From Penicillus capitatus (Eukaryota; Plantae; Chlorophyta), in the NCBI GenBank assembly GCA_965649825.1, contig OZ287695.1:1345081-1409080 (forward strand): DNA of 64,000 nucleotides. The letters are read 5' to 3'. The position numbers were made by a program, and so were the translations under genes. The first letter of the stretch is position 1. Each line of letters starts with the position of its first letter. Positions 1 through 11,623 of the stretch are shown here, piece after piece. The notes under the pieces are model-generated. The model saw nothing but the letters and a program-made list of their open reading frames with translations. It made no database searches and had not been told where the DNA came from.

Positions 1-1539
1 AAACAATTGGCGCTTTCCGAAATCGTTTTCTCGGAAGGTGCTATTTCCGTGTATTTCTGGAGAATAGACATGGTGTGGATATTGCGTCATTAGCCGATAG
101 TCTTTTTCCGACGCCTGACGCATTCCCTAGATGCCACAGATTCAATGTCGTGTCTCATGTCTGGCAATATTTGTTTACTTTGATGCGTAAGAAAACAAAA
201 AGACTGGAAAGGGTATCATCCATGTGGAATCTCCGCTGAACGGAAAGGCCATCCGGAAAGCGTATCGAACACGTAATGACATCTTCTGCATCATCGGCAA
301 CTTCAGGACCTAGTTCTTGCTCCACTGTTCGATCGATGAATTCCTCAGAGGGGAGCAAGGGGAGCACCTCGTTCTGCGAGGACCCGTGAAAAAAAGCGAG
401 GATGATCCTGTGCTTACCTGCTGGCCGTCGATGGTGGATATCTCTTCTTGCTTCCGTCTGGCAATTTTGAACGAACTTTGTCTTTTCGACGGGCCAAAGG
501 ACATTCGATTTGTTTCTTCCAGTCGACTCTTCAGCGTCTCTTGCAGTTCAGCAGAAGGCAAAACATCAACCTCCAAATCTGTCTGGAGTATGGATACCGC
601 GCCTGCAGGTTCTAATTCAACAACCTACACATCAACGCAGTGGATATCACTATGCACTCCTCTTCCCTCTTACCTTGAGATCATGTTTCTGAAGCGTATC
701 AATAAGTAATGATATTTCGATGACGTCTCCTTCCGTCAAAGTACTGTAGCGTGAGAGCGTCTCTTCAAGAATCTCTTTTGTGTTGTCGCCCACTGCCTCA
801 TGAAATCCTTGTTTGATAGGTTGTAAACGGGCAAAGGTGCCATCGAGCAATCTCTTGTAGCATACCTTAACATCTCCCTGGCACTCTCCCTGAAAACCAC
901 CCCTAAACTCGAGATGTCCATGGACAACAAAGATGCTCACATCTTGACCCCAGAGACAACGTCGTACGTGAGGAGGCAACAAAATGGTTCCTTCTGCTGC
1001 CGAGAAGTGCAGCACACCGACGTGAGTACGATTGCCATTCTCTGTTGTCAATTCGAACAACAACGCTCCATTCCGGTACGCCTCTTGTCGCATCAGTTCT
1101 TGACTCATAGACGCCGGGAGAACAACCTGAAACATTAGTAGAGACTGAGGATTTCATGGCTGCTCCGTCCTTCACTCTACCTTATCCATCCATCTCTTAA
1201 TGCCGTAGCTCTTGGCCATGTCTTCCGACAAGACAGCAGGCGACAGAGTGGCTTCAAGCAACACACCCCTATTGTTCTCTCTTAACTGGTCGCGCCGTTC
1301 CTCTTCCTGAGACGACTTCTGTCTCAAAGAGCAGCAGTGGATAAGGTAACGACCTGTTGGCGACGCTGTTCTTCGAGCAAATGCTTCTCCCTTGCTCGTT
1401 GCTCGATTTCTGCTCTTCGTTTTTTAGCTTCAAGACGTTCCCGTTCGAGTTTCTGGAGCTTTTGCTTTTCTTTGAATTTTCGCTCGACAGATTCTTTTTC
1501 GAATTTGCGTTGACGCGATTCGATTTCTTTGGCAAACAT
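1..1539 (-). CDS. UFD1-like domain + UBX domain protein (Cdc48/p97 adaptor-like), multi-exon, 3' end runs off the window
   Basis: UFD1-like segment (VVLPASMSQELMRQEA..LFELTTENGNRTHVGVLHFSAAEGTILLP, 650-1135); UBX segment (IRFPDGLSVQRRFHMDDTLSSLFVFL, 155-367, continuing YRLMTQYP near 60-110); charged N-terminus from ATG 1539. Confidence 0.75.
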
Positions 1540-1604
1540 CTTCCTCTCGATATTCTCAACGATCGGTCGTTTTATATGGACAATCACGTCATGATAACAA
1601 AACA

Positions 1605-3654
1605 TTAGTTGACAGTCGTGCAATCGCTGGAAACGTCTCGATCATTCTCTGTGTTGATTTTTCCCTCAAGCTCGACGATTCTAAGCTGACTCTTTCGCAA
1701 ATCGCGCTCTCTCGCATGTAGCAAACCCTATGATCGACAGCGATCCGATAAGACCGATATATCGAAGGGCATGCACCTGAAGGCGTCGCATCGACGCGAT
1801 GACAGGTGATGTTGAATCGCAACTCTCTTCGCTCTGCATCGATTCGCTGAGGCGTCTCTCCAGTTCCTCGATCTGTTGCTGCAATGCAAAACGTTCGCGT
1901 TCCAGTGTAGCAACAGAACATCTGCCACATGATGGTCGCTGTAAAGAGAACGATTTGCTTATCGATTTACTTGAGAATGTCGTTCTCTCGGATGTTCTCT
2001 TCGAGTTTCTGTTTGAGATCTTGCTCCCGAAGCTTGACTTCTCTGAACTGTGTGGTGATCAGAGTCGTTTCCTGAGCCAGAAGATCGATGTCGATCGCTA
2101 ATTCTGCGATAAGCAAAGCGAACCGTTAAATCCTTCTCGAGTCGATCGATCTTCTCTCGTAATTCTGCCTCTTTGGAGCGATCGGCCTGATATTGCGCAT
2201 CGCATTCTCTGAGTCTGTCCATCGATTCATCGTTCTTAGATCGTTCTCGCTCCTGCAGTCAGTGCCCTCGGGAAAGAATCATCGATCTGTTGCAACTTAC
2301 AAGGTCTTCTTGATACTTTCGGATATCGTTCTGTAGAGTCGTAGCTTTAGATCGATTCTCTTCTACAACGCGTTTCATTGTCTCGATCTCTATTTCCCGC
2401 TTCGATCGATCATCCTCCATTTCCGAAATGCGTGCCCTTTGGAAATCCACGAGCTCCTGCAGCAAACGATCGGTGCTGGCTAAGCAATGTCGATCTGCAT
2501 ACATCATATTGCTTCAGCTTCTCTTCGATCGATCGCACACGAAGGTCGCTTTGCGTGCATTGACTTTCCAATTGGACAACCATCGATTTCAGATCGCCGA
2601 TTGCCATGTCCTTCTTGTCCTTCTCTTCTTCTAGATGCTTAATCTTTGAAGCGGAATCGACGTTTGTCACGTCCAGTTCGTTTGTGAGCGACCGCTTTGT
2701 CCTCTCCAACACCGAAATCTTTTGCAGGAGATATCAGGCATGAAACATACAATATAGTGCACACCTGCTGGCTCTGTTGTGCATTGAGCTTTGTCTGTTG
2801 TCTGTTCTGCTCCTGAGCTTTTTGGAGGTCTTCCTCCAGCTGCGCACTCTCTTGTGACTTTCTTTCGAAACTCTCTTGTATCTTCTCCAGTTCTTGCCGA
2901 AGCTGTAAACACATTCTCTCCCACTCTCTACTCTCTTTTGTCTTGTCCTCCAAAGATTTGTCATATTCCGCTTGCTGGTTTTTGAACGTTTCTTCGACAT
3001 CGTTCAGTTGCTCGACAAGGCGTTGACTCTCGAGGCCCATCGACTCAATCTGTTTGCTTTTTTCATAAAGGGCATTGCGCATTGAAGTCTCTTTTTGTCT
3101 GGCAAACTTCAAATCGGCAGATTGTCTAGCAGATCGCTTGCTTAGGCGATCAAATTTGGTACCCAAGTCTTCTTCGACCATTTGTTTGCCATCCTAAGAA
3201 CGTAACCCCTATTTCTCAGACGAAAATGAGACATAAAGAGATTCGAGTTCACAAGGCAAGAAGACGCATCGATGGTGCTTCCTTCGTTTTCTTTGTTTCT
3301 TCTGCGAAAAGGCTAAACCAGATTCTCTGTGATGCCGTATCAGGGCACATGAATCGTTTACTCGAGATGTGGTGCGACGGAATCGAGTTCTTCGCGGCAC
3401 ATCGCCGCCGTTACCTCTGTGTTCCATAACGTCAACGAGTTGCGTCGCCACGTCGACCCTATCGATATCAAAAGCGATGGCCCAAATCGCTCGCTGTATC
3501 GGAGACACCATTGTGCAAGTTTTTTCTGCAGTCTATGGTTATCAGCCTCTGCGAGTCGAAGTTCCTCAATCGAAGAACTTCGATCCGACGACACCCACGA
3601 TTCCATCGACCGACGATCGGAATCCTCATCTTCTCGGTCGTAAAGCGAAGACAT
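1605..3654 (-). CDS. Long coiled-coil protein of unknown function, multi-exon
   Basis: Consecutive same-strand E/K/Q/L-rich heptad ORFs (3358-3654, 2639-3181, 2410-2712, 2259-2507, 1959-2222, 1681-1884) separated by short GT-AG gaps; stop position approximate. Confidence 0.55.
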
Positions 3655-3885
3655 ATGTCAAACGAACCTTTGTTTTGTCGTCGTGACCGATTCTGAAAGT
3701 CAACGATCGAGGAATGCGCTCATTCCTATCAGCGATACCGACGAACGCAAGTCTGTCTTGCTCTTTCTGCAGATATCCCTTTCGTTTTGTGTTTTTCCGC
3801 GACCGAAAATAACGAGACTATGGAGTGACTTCAGAAGGCGTCGCACTTACAGCTAATCGAATCGACAAAGCTTAGAGCAAGGCAT

Positions 3886-4492
3886 CTATTCAACCTCTCC
3901 TGATTCGTAGAGATAAGTTAGGGTACACTTGCCGCAGTAGATTCGATCGAAATGCGTCGCCATAAAGATTCCTGGCCCACACGTTGGGCATTCCTTTTTG
4001 CAGCGGATCACTTTTTGGCCTTCCACCTATATCACCCCACTCAGAGCTACTGTACTGCCAATGACATCGCCTTCTCACCTTATACATTTTCAGAGCTCTG
4101 AGCTTCACGTGTTGTCTCTTGTGCCCGGGCTTCTTCGGTTTGGTGTAGGTCTTCTTTTTGCGTTTCTTACCGCCACCCAACAACTGCACGTGTGCCTCTA
4201 AGGTACAGCCTTCTTCTACGCCCAGTTCCTTCAGAGTAGCTGTTTCTTTCAAGACGTGAGAGCCCAGAACGAAGTAATGCTCCGACCAATCCTCGTCTAA
4301 AGCAACTACCCCTTCACAGAGAACTCTGCAAACAACTTGCCATCGGCTTCTCGGTTTAAGATTTGGCGCAGAGTATCGACTGTCGCTTTCTTGGGCAGAA
4401 GAACGCTATGTGTGCGATCTAGACAGCGCTGCCCCTGATTAGTGAACAGAACTGTACGTCGATAGCGTACTCGATTTGACGAAAATCCTCAT
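3886..4492 (-). CDS. RPS27A: Ribosomal protein S27a/eS31 fused to a divergent ubiquitin-like domain
   Basis: Spliced: [89 protein letters not shown]...[28 protein letters not shown]; S27a basic tract and C4 zinc finger; three introns, one GC-AG (4297-4340). Confidence 0.95.
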
Positions 4493-4581
4493 CGTAGTGT
4501 TTGGAAGTCGACGACGACGCGAAGCGTGAATAGAGAAGGCGGCTAAATGACAATGTGTCAATGTGATCATTTTGTCGGACA

Positions 4582-5480
4582 ATGGTGGTCTTGCCTGGCG
4601 ATCGTCTTTGCGCAGAAGTGCGTCGTCCGTACCCATAGTAGACATTGAACAAACAGTCTCTTTCTCTCAAGAGCGAAGCGAGATCGGGGAGAGGAACGTA
4701 CACTCGAGCAAACGATGTCCATGCTTCCAGAATGGGCGAGATGAATGTATCAAGCAACGACAGCTTTGTAGATGCTTTTTCGCAAAAACCCGAAAGAAGT
4801 AAGTAGTGTTGACCAGGAAAGGGTGATGGAGGTTCGGATGCCGAATAAAAATGATGAAACGGAGGCGCTGGCGCCACAGCCAGGAAAAGAAGTCTTCGCT
4901 CGAGTCTATATCACCCTTCGGCATCAATGATCGAAACAGCGGTTATGATACGCAGGTCACACGAATCTTTTCGCGTCATGTAAATGTCGACATCCTGGCC
5001 GTTGGAGATGATCCACTACCTCTTTCATTCAAAGGACAGATCAGGTAGATCTCTGGCACGTCACATCATTGAACACTCTATATCATCCGCGTTCAGAATC
5101 CAAGACCTTTCACAGAAGAATCCGGACCAAGTAGCGTCAATCGGATAATGGATCTTCGATCGAATTCTGAAATGCAGGTCGTCATCGCGCAATGCGTTCG
5201 ACCGGGGGACATTATTCGCGGCAAAGTTCTTTATCGAAGCGATGCCTATGGATTCTGCTTATCGACGAAAGAAGACCCATTTGGTGTTGTTCATGCCGAA
5301 AGCTTCTTAGGTCAGGACCAACTGTCCTATCAGTCAGGGCGAATGGGATGCGCAGGCCATCCTATGACGATCGTCGATAAGAGTACAATGTCCTGTCCGA
5401 TCACAAAAGTGCAAGAAGCTCGAAAAGTTGCCACCCGAAAATTGGTTAGCAACGACAAGGCATGGAATGAGAGAGCCTGA
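4582..5480 (+). CDS. CSL4: Exosome complex component CSL4 (EXOSC1)
   Basis: MVVLPGDRLC; GRGTYTRANDVHASRMG; VTRIFSRHVNVDILAVGDDPLPLSFKGQIR; VRPGDIIRGKV; C-terminal MSCPITKVQEARKVA match CSL4 N-terminal, S1 and zinc-ribbon motifs. Confidence 0.85.
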
Positions 5481-5517
5481 ATTAAATGTCACATCATCAC
5501 GCAGGACATCCGATAAG

Positions 5518-6542
5518 ATGACGTTCTCTACGAACTTGCATTCTTTCCCTTCGTCGCTGCGTCGTCCTAAGGGACAGAATCCGGCGAACAGCCACTTGAG
5601 ATCGGTGCATGTCGACAGATCTGGTTCTGTATCGGAAGCTCTCGCGGCGGCGCGTCGAACGCGTCATCAATCGTCGTGCAGTGCGCAAAGGTCGCCGAAT
5701 TCGACTCTTGGGAAAGCTCATTCGCCATCATGGCGCCTTCGTGCTCGCCGGGTCGATTCGCCCATCTTGCCACCGGTGATTCAGCTTGGAAGAGGAGCAG
5801 AGGTATGCGTTACGCGCATGTACCAAACGATCACTTCAGTAGAGATAAGCTTCCTTCCTCAGGAGGCTATGGATCTCTATTCGTACCTTTTGCGGAATCG
5901 CATCGTCTTTCTGGGTGGATTTGTCGATTTCGAGATGGCGACGAAGATTGTGGGATCCATCTTGGCACTAGATGCCCTAGATAGTGAAGAAGACATCAAA
6001 CTCTACATTAACTCACCAGGTGACGCATTTCCATGTGAATCCAGAACAGCATAGCATCTGTACTAGCAGGTGGTTCCATCTACGCGATTCTGGGAGTTGT
6101 GGATGTTCTCAGAGCCACTAAGGCAGATGTGAGCACTGTAGCCTTTGGCATCACTGGCGGAAACGCCTCTCTGATTTTGGTTGATCTCACATCGAAAGAA
6201 CAGACAGCAAAAATGTTTGATGTGACAGGCGGCTGGAACAAAAAGCAAGAGATATGCAATGCCGAGTTCTCGGATCCTCCTGCAGCAACCAGCCGGATAC
6301 ATCGCTGGCAGTTCGGTCGAAGCAAACATCACTGCGACCGAACTAGACAGATCCCTTCAGGTATTAAGACACTAGGAATGTGACGCATATTATCGGCTTT
6401 CTTTGGTCCGTAGGTCATCACACATTTGTTTGCCGAGTTTACGGGACAGAGTGTCGAACAAATGGAAATGGAAACCAACCGCGAGAACTTCTTATCTCCA
6501 GAAGCAGCTGTTGAACTTGGCATTATTGATGCCGTCGTGTAA
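5518..6542 (+). CDS. ClpR: Plastid Clp protease non-catalytic ClpR-type subunit with transit peptide
   Basis: DLYSYLLRNRIVFLGG..DIKLYINSPGG; catalytic Ser region reads TGGNASLIL and His region reads RILLQQP (both catalytic residues absent); C-terminus RENFLSPEAAVELGIIDAVV; S/R-rich N-terminus. Confidence 0.85.
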
Positions 6543-6556
6543 AGACAGGATATTGG

Positions 6557-6999
6557 TCACTCGATATGAGATCGATGAAAATGCACACTTGTCCATGAGC
6601 CATTAATGATTTGCCACACTCGCGTCTCTTCAGATTTCAATGTCTTCAATCCCTCATCCGTTCGGATTTGCTGTAAACGGAGATATGTCACCACTGCTGC
6701 TTCAGATCCCAGCATGCGTACCTACGCACGATCACGCTCGTCTGTGATGAGATCGATTGTCGATCGACGACGACTTTCGGTTGACACATGTTTTGTTTTG
6801 GAGGCGTTCTGCCGTTCGTGCCATGCTGATCGAAATACCATTTGTGGAAATCTTGTCCTTCTACTAACGTGCCTCTGGCTTCTGGTTCAAAGCAGGTCAT
6901 ATCTTCGGAGCAGAGCAAGGCATAAGTACTGAAGTCGCTGTCGGCGATGCTGTTCAAGAGCTTTCGCGTCAGCGTCAAAAGTTTCGCCTCGTCCGACAT
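6557..6999 (-). CDS. Stand-alone CaMKII association (hub) domain protein (SnoaL/NTF2-like); in-frame upstream extension to 7134 possible
   Basis: LLTLTRKLLNSIADSDFSTYALLCSEDMTCFEPEARGTLVEGQDFHKWYF...VRMLGSEAAVVTYLRLQQ...EETRVWQIINGSWTSVHFHRS; two exons; no kinase domain. Confidence 0.8.
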
Positions 7000-7172
7000 A
7001 CGATCGACCCGATCGGTTGCACAGAGACGTCTTGAATGTCGTCGTAGCGACGGAAGAGGGTGGTGGCTGCGGGGGAGACGAACGCGTGGCACCGTCGAGC
7101 TCCAACGGATCGTCCTGGGCAAATGAACGCCCATCGAATTCGATCAATTGAATCGATCGTCACGCGGACGCT

Positions 7173-7450
7173 ATGAGCAAAGAAGCGGCGAAGTTGGCTG
7201 CGATTCACGCACCGAAAATCTATGCGGAGTACGGAGCGGGCAGCTCCCGTCCGAGCGCCGTACGAGAAATCCTGACAGGTCTCACTCTCGGCGTCGCACT
7301 CGGATTCGTCTGGAAGGTCTCATCCCTTTAACCCACTCCTCTTCGCAGCGTCTCTTCTAATAGACGTACCATTGGAACGAGAAAAAGAAGATCAATAAGT
7401 ACTATGAAGATCTCGCAAAGATTTACGAACGCGAAGACGCAGAAGTCTGA
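7173..7450 (+). CDS. COX5C: Cytochrome c oxidase subunit 5C-like small protein
   Basis: Two exons give ...PSAVREILTGLTLGVALGFVWK|TYHWNEKKKINKYYEDL, matching the plant COX5C pattern (single TM helix, WKxxHWNE). Confidence 0.7.
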
Positions 7451-7718
7451 TACCTATGGTGGTGCTTCTCGACATCATCGATCCTTTCATGGACCGTCTG
7501 ACATCTGTAATGGAGATTGAGTGCAACAGATGTCTCTTAGAAACTTTAACAGATGTTGATTGTCACAGCTAAAGAGAGATAACAGCACGTCAGCAGCAGA
7601 GCGATCATCAGAAGTTTGAGCTCTTCGAAACTGTCTTCATATATCGTCATCATAGCAGACATGTTTGTGCTTCTTGAATAAATTTCAGCAGCAAGTGGGG
7701 TGGTCACATAGCAGCGGC

Positions 7719-8869
7719 CTACAATCCCAGGCGCTTCTTGAAGTCGTCCACCATCAATGCCAGTCCTTCATTCAATGGCACCACGGGCTTCCATCCCAGA
7801 ACGGTGGAGGATTTAGTGATGTCAGGTCGTCTGCACTTGGGATCGTCCGCAGTGTTCTCCTTGTAAACGAGCTTAGACGAGGTGCCCGTTACTTTAATCA
7901 CCTGCTCTGCCAATTCGAGCATCGTGAATTCTCCAGGGTTGCCAACATTGAAAGGACCCATGTGGTCCGAGTCCATAACGGTAACCATGCCCTTGACCAG
8001 ATCGTCGATGTACTGGAAGGAACGGGTCTGCTTTCCATCTCCATAAATGGTAATGGGTTCGCCTTTGAGTGCTTGAGACAAGAAGTTACTGACAACACGT
8101 CCGTCGTCCAGTGCCATCCGGGGACCATAGGTATTGAAGATTCGAACAATGCGGACCTCGGTGCCGTGCTCGCGATTGTAATCCATCGTCAACGTTTCGG
8201 CCACACGTTTACCTTCATCGTAGCACGCACGTTCGCCAATGGGGTTCACATTACCCCAATACGCCTCTGTCTGTGGGTGTTCCAAAGGATCCCCATACAC
8301 CTCGCTCGTGCTCGAGATGAGGAAGCGTGCTTTAACGCGCTTGGCAAGACCGAGCATATTCATGGTACCCATGAAGCTCGTCTTTACTGTCTTGATGGGA
8401 TTATACCTGGACGAATCATTGTTTCCGAAGTGTGAGAGAAAAGAGTGACCACACTTGTAATGCACCGGCGAAGCAGGACAGGCCAAGTGGTAGATCTGGT
8501 CGACTTCGAGTAAAATCGGCTCAACGACGTCATGACGCACAAGTTCAAAATTGGGATTGTCTAGCAAGTGCGCCACGTTGTCCTTGGAACCTGTGAAGAA
8601 ATTGTCAAGGCAGATGACCTACAACACTCAGCTGCATGAGCACGCCGTCATCATCTATGTTCCCGTCAACCTTGTCGCCGCGTCTGATGAGATAGTCGCA
8701 CAGATGACTTCCGACGAACCCCGCGCCACCGGTAACGAGCACGCGGTTGGCGTCTGTCCGAGGCTTTGTCTTGATAAGGGTACCATTCGACTCCTACGAA
8801 CAGACGAACGGACGCCATCTTAGGAGGCTGGTCATATGCGGTGCTCCCTCCTACTGTTGTCTGCGACAT
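7719..8869 (-). CDS. UXS: UDP-glucuronate decarboxylase (UDP-xylose synthase)
   Basis: [16 protein letters not shown] Rossmann motif; [11 protein letters not shown]; STSEVYGDP; [10 protein letters not shown] (SDR YxxxK); [10 protein letters not shown]. Confidence 0.97.
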
Positions 8870-9056
8870 GATGGCGGCTGCGACAAGGTCGATGTCAAAC
8901 GACGCTGCTCAGGACAAAGACTTCGATGTAACTAGGAACGGAGACGCGCTGCAGAACAACAAGGAATGCAGATGATTCCATGCGGCGCTTCGTTGACGTT
9001 AACTTATTAACCGTCGCCTATGCGCGACCAGAAAGATTTCAGATCTATTGTGTCAG

Positions 9057-9962
9057 TCAAGATGACTTCGCATACTGCTGCAGCAGTGTCAATGTCGTTC
9101 TAGCCGAATCCCATGGACTCTGCCGAGCAACATCGAATGGCGTTTGTTGCTTGTCATTTCGTGCATGAAGGTCGGCGCCATGGCGAATGAGCAATTCCAC
9201 CACTTCAAGTCGTCCCCAATACGCAGCCATGTGCAGTGCCGTTGTCCGAGCAAGACTTCGAGCTTGAACATTCGCACCAGATGTTAAGAGGGACTTGCAG
9301 ATGGCATGGTGTCCCCATCGAGCTGCCCAGTGCAATGCAGTACATCCAGATTTGTCACGGAAATCGACCGATGCACCGCAGCCGATCAAGAGATTCAGAA
9401 TGCGAGGGTCGTCTTGATTGGCAGACATGTGTAAGGGGCTCTGACCACTGACATCCAGAACATCGAAGCTCCACCCTTCACGATTCAGTCGATACAGACC
9501 GTCTTCGTCTTTCGCCTTGACAGCAGCCGTCATCTGAAGTGCAATGTCACGAGATGGTGTATGCTGAGCAGGAAGCTGGGAAGAAGCTGAAGAGACAGCA
9601 GGTGGTGTAGCAGGGGTTTTTGGCTTTGAACTTCGCCAGAGCCACGAAAAACACCAAGTATACGACGAATCACTGGACGGCGAGTCCTTGACAGCAGGAC
9701 TGTGGTGCACTGCCTGGGGGCTCTCAGAGTAGTTTGGGTTTGCTTTCTTCCATTCTTCGATCGCTGTTTTGAGAACTCTATTGGGAATGAGTCGTTTGTC
9801 TGTGACGTCGACTCCTGTACAAGGACAGGTGTTTTTGCCTTCGTCGAACCAGGATGAAATGGCATGTCTGTCGTAAGTGATGCCAGTCTCGGGTAGGATA
9901 ACGGGGTCCTCCATGACGCTCATAGATATCGGACAGCGGAATTCTTCGCGTTCGATGGACAT
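9057..9962 (-). CDS. U-box + ankyrin-repeat protein (putative E3 ligase), single coding exon
   Basis: EEFRCPISMSVMEDPVILPETGITYDRHAISSWF..TCPCTG..LIPNRVLKTAIEEW; repeats GQSPLHMSA, GCTALHWAA, RTTALHMAA. Confidence 0.9.
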   Translation of the reverse strand: MSIEREEFRCPISMSVMEDPVILPETGITYDRHAISSWFDEGKNTCPCTGVDVTDKRLIPNRVLKTAIEEWKKANPNYSESPQAVHHSPAVKDSPSSDSSYTWCFSWLWRSSKPKTPATPPAVSSASSQLPAQHTPSRDIALQMTAAVKAKDEDGLYRLNREGWSFDVLDVSGQSPLHMSANQDDPRILNLLIGCGASVDFRDKSGCTALHWAARWGHHAICKSLLTSGANVQARSLARTTALHMAAYWGRLEVVELLIRHGADLHARNDKQQTPFDVARQSPWDSARTTLTLLQQYAKSS

Positions 9963-11623
9963 GACGCACAAGTCAGCTGAACAATGGCTAAGTCAGAGAT
10001 GGCATAAAAACTCGGTAACCGTACACGCACTGGAATCAAAACTGCCTTCGATAAAGCCGCATTATCGGTCACACTGCGAACCTACTGTCACATCATAGCA
10101 GCACATTAATAACGCAGATGTACAAGCTTTGAACAGAGGCGGGGACATACGCGTTGCGTCATGTTGTCGATGGAGATTGGAGGCGACAGCGCGGAACGCG
10201 TTGACTGACATGCTGCTGTGGAGATACAAATGGCGTCTTCGGCATTTGAATCGTCGGCAGTCTGACCGACGCGAATGGCCATTAAACCCAGCGAAGATCT
10301 CGAATAACAGCAGAACGTGTTTTAGAGTTCTCTGTTCCAACATCGCTTCTTGAGAGGCACGCGAATGGATTGCTATTAAATCGGTAAAAGAAGTGGAGCA
10401 GTGTGAGAATGTATGGAGTGTCAGCTTGCTATCGATCATTGTGTAGCACTCCAGTTCGTTTGCTGCTTCCTTGGATCAAGGAAACGTGGATTCACAGGCA
10501 ACGACGATAGTGTAGATTCGGACGAAAAGCAAAGGCAATGTTGTGGACAAGAGATGACAACATTGAGTGATCAGCGCAAACGGAATAACTGACATCAGAC
10601 GCATCGGAACCCATCTTTGCAGTTTTCTTGATCGTGATACCGCAAACTGAATAGAAACGCTGTGCATAGCAGCATAGATGAAGAATCGGTGTGAACGACT
10701 TATGTGGAATGACAATCGGAATGATCTAACGATCAGCCATCAGAGCAACCAGATGCCCGTTACAGATGAAACTGTTTTCGGGCGGGAAACCGTGTCAATT
10801 TACCATGATCGCGAGACACAGAACGACAGCGTAAAGACAAATAAACGATTCGCCAGAGAATTTTTTTTCGTTTGATCATCGGATCAATCGACACGTTCGT
10901 TGGCGGATCGACGATGATCAGGATCCACAGAATTCCATCTCATGCATATCGCGCCCATGGATGACTCGTATGCGACAGATCGACGATGATCCTTTAGGAC
11001 TGCACGATACGGAACAAGGGTCTAGATTTCTCACTTCAGTGTGGATGAGCGAGATTCGTGTCAAGAATAGAGTGTTGATGTGAGGTGTGCTGAGGCGACA
11101 GGCGTCAATGTGACAGAAAGGTATGTTAATTTTCCAGATGCGGTTCAGTGACGTGACAGGTAATATGGAGTCCATTGAGCCACAGTGATAATTAGCTAAA
11201 ACCTGGAGGACCAGAGGATCCACTAGCTACGAGTGTACATTCATCTTCCATCTCTCTATACGGATGCGAAGCAACCCGAACTCTCCTTGACTCGGATCTA
11301 CTTTCAGAAACATTCGGTGCTTAGATGGAAAACACATTCATTATTCCTCCAATAGCGTTTGCTTGAACATCGCATGCGTTTTGGCAGATATAAAGTCCCT
11401 ACTAGAGAAGAGATGCATTTGAATGAACCAAAGGTCACCGGCCTGGATCGTGTCGTTTATCGCTCCCGACGCAACGACAAGGCATTTTCCAATGATCGCA
11501 CTGACTTTGGGGATGTTCGAGAATGGATATGACGCATTTCACCTGAGATCAGGAATGCTTCCAGCAACAGACACATTTACATGACAAAAGAATACTCAAG
11601 TCTTTTCATCGCTCAGTTGAATC

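Noticed and set aside
5518-6542. Clp gene lacking catalytic Ser/His as a pseudogene
   Set aside because: ORF and splice sites are intact; non-catalytic ClpR subunits are a normal part of the plastid Clp core
7665-8435. Long antisense ORFs opposite conserved genes (also 13630-14481, 20150-20761, 23559-24110)
   Set aside because: Shadow frames of real coding sequence with no independent motifs
10060-11600. Short ORFs or snoRNA-like motifs between the U-box and K+ channel genes
   Set aside because: No recognisable domain and no properly paired C/D boxes; likely UTR (one probable 5' UTR intron) and intergenic DNA
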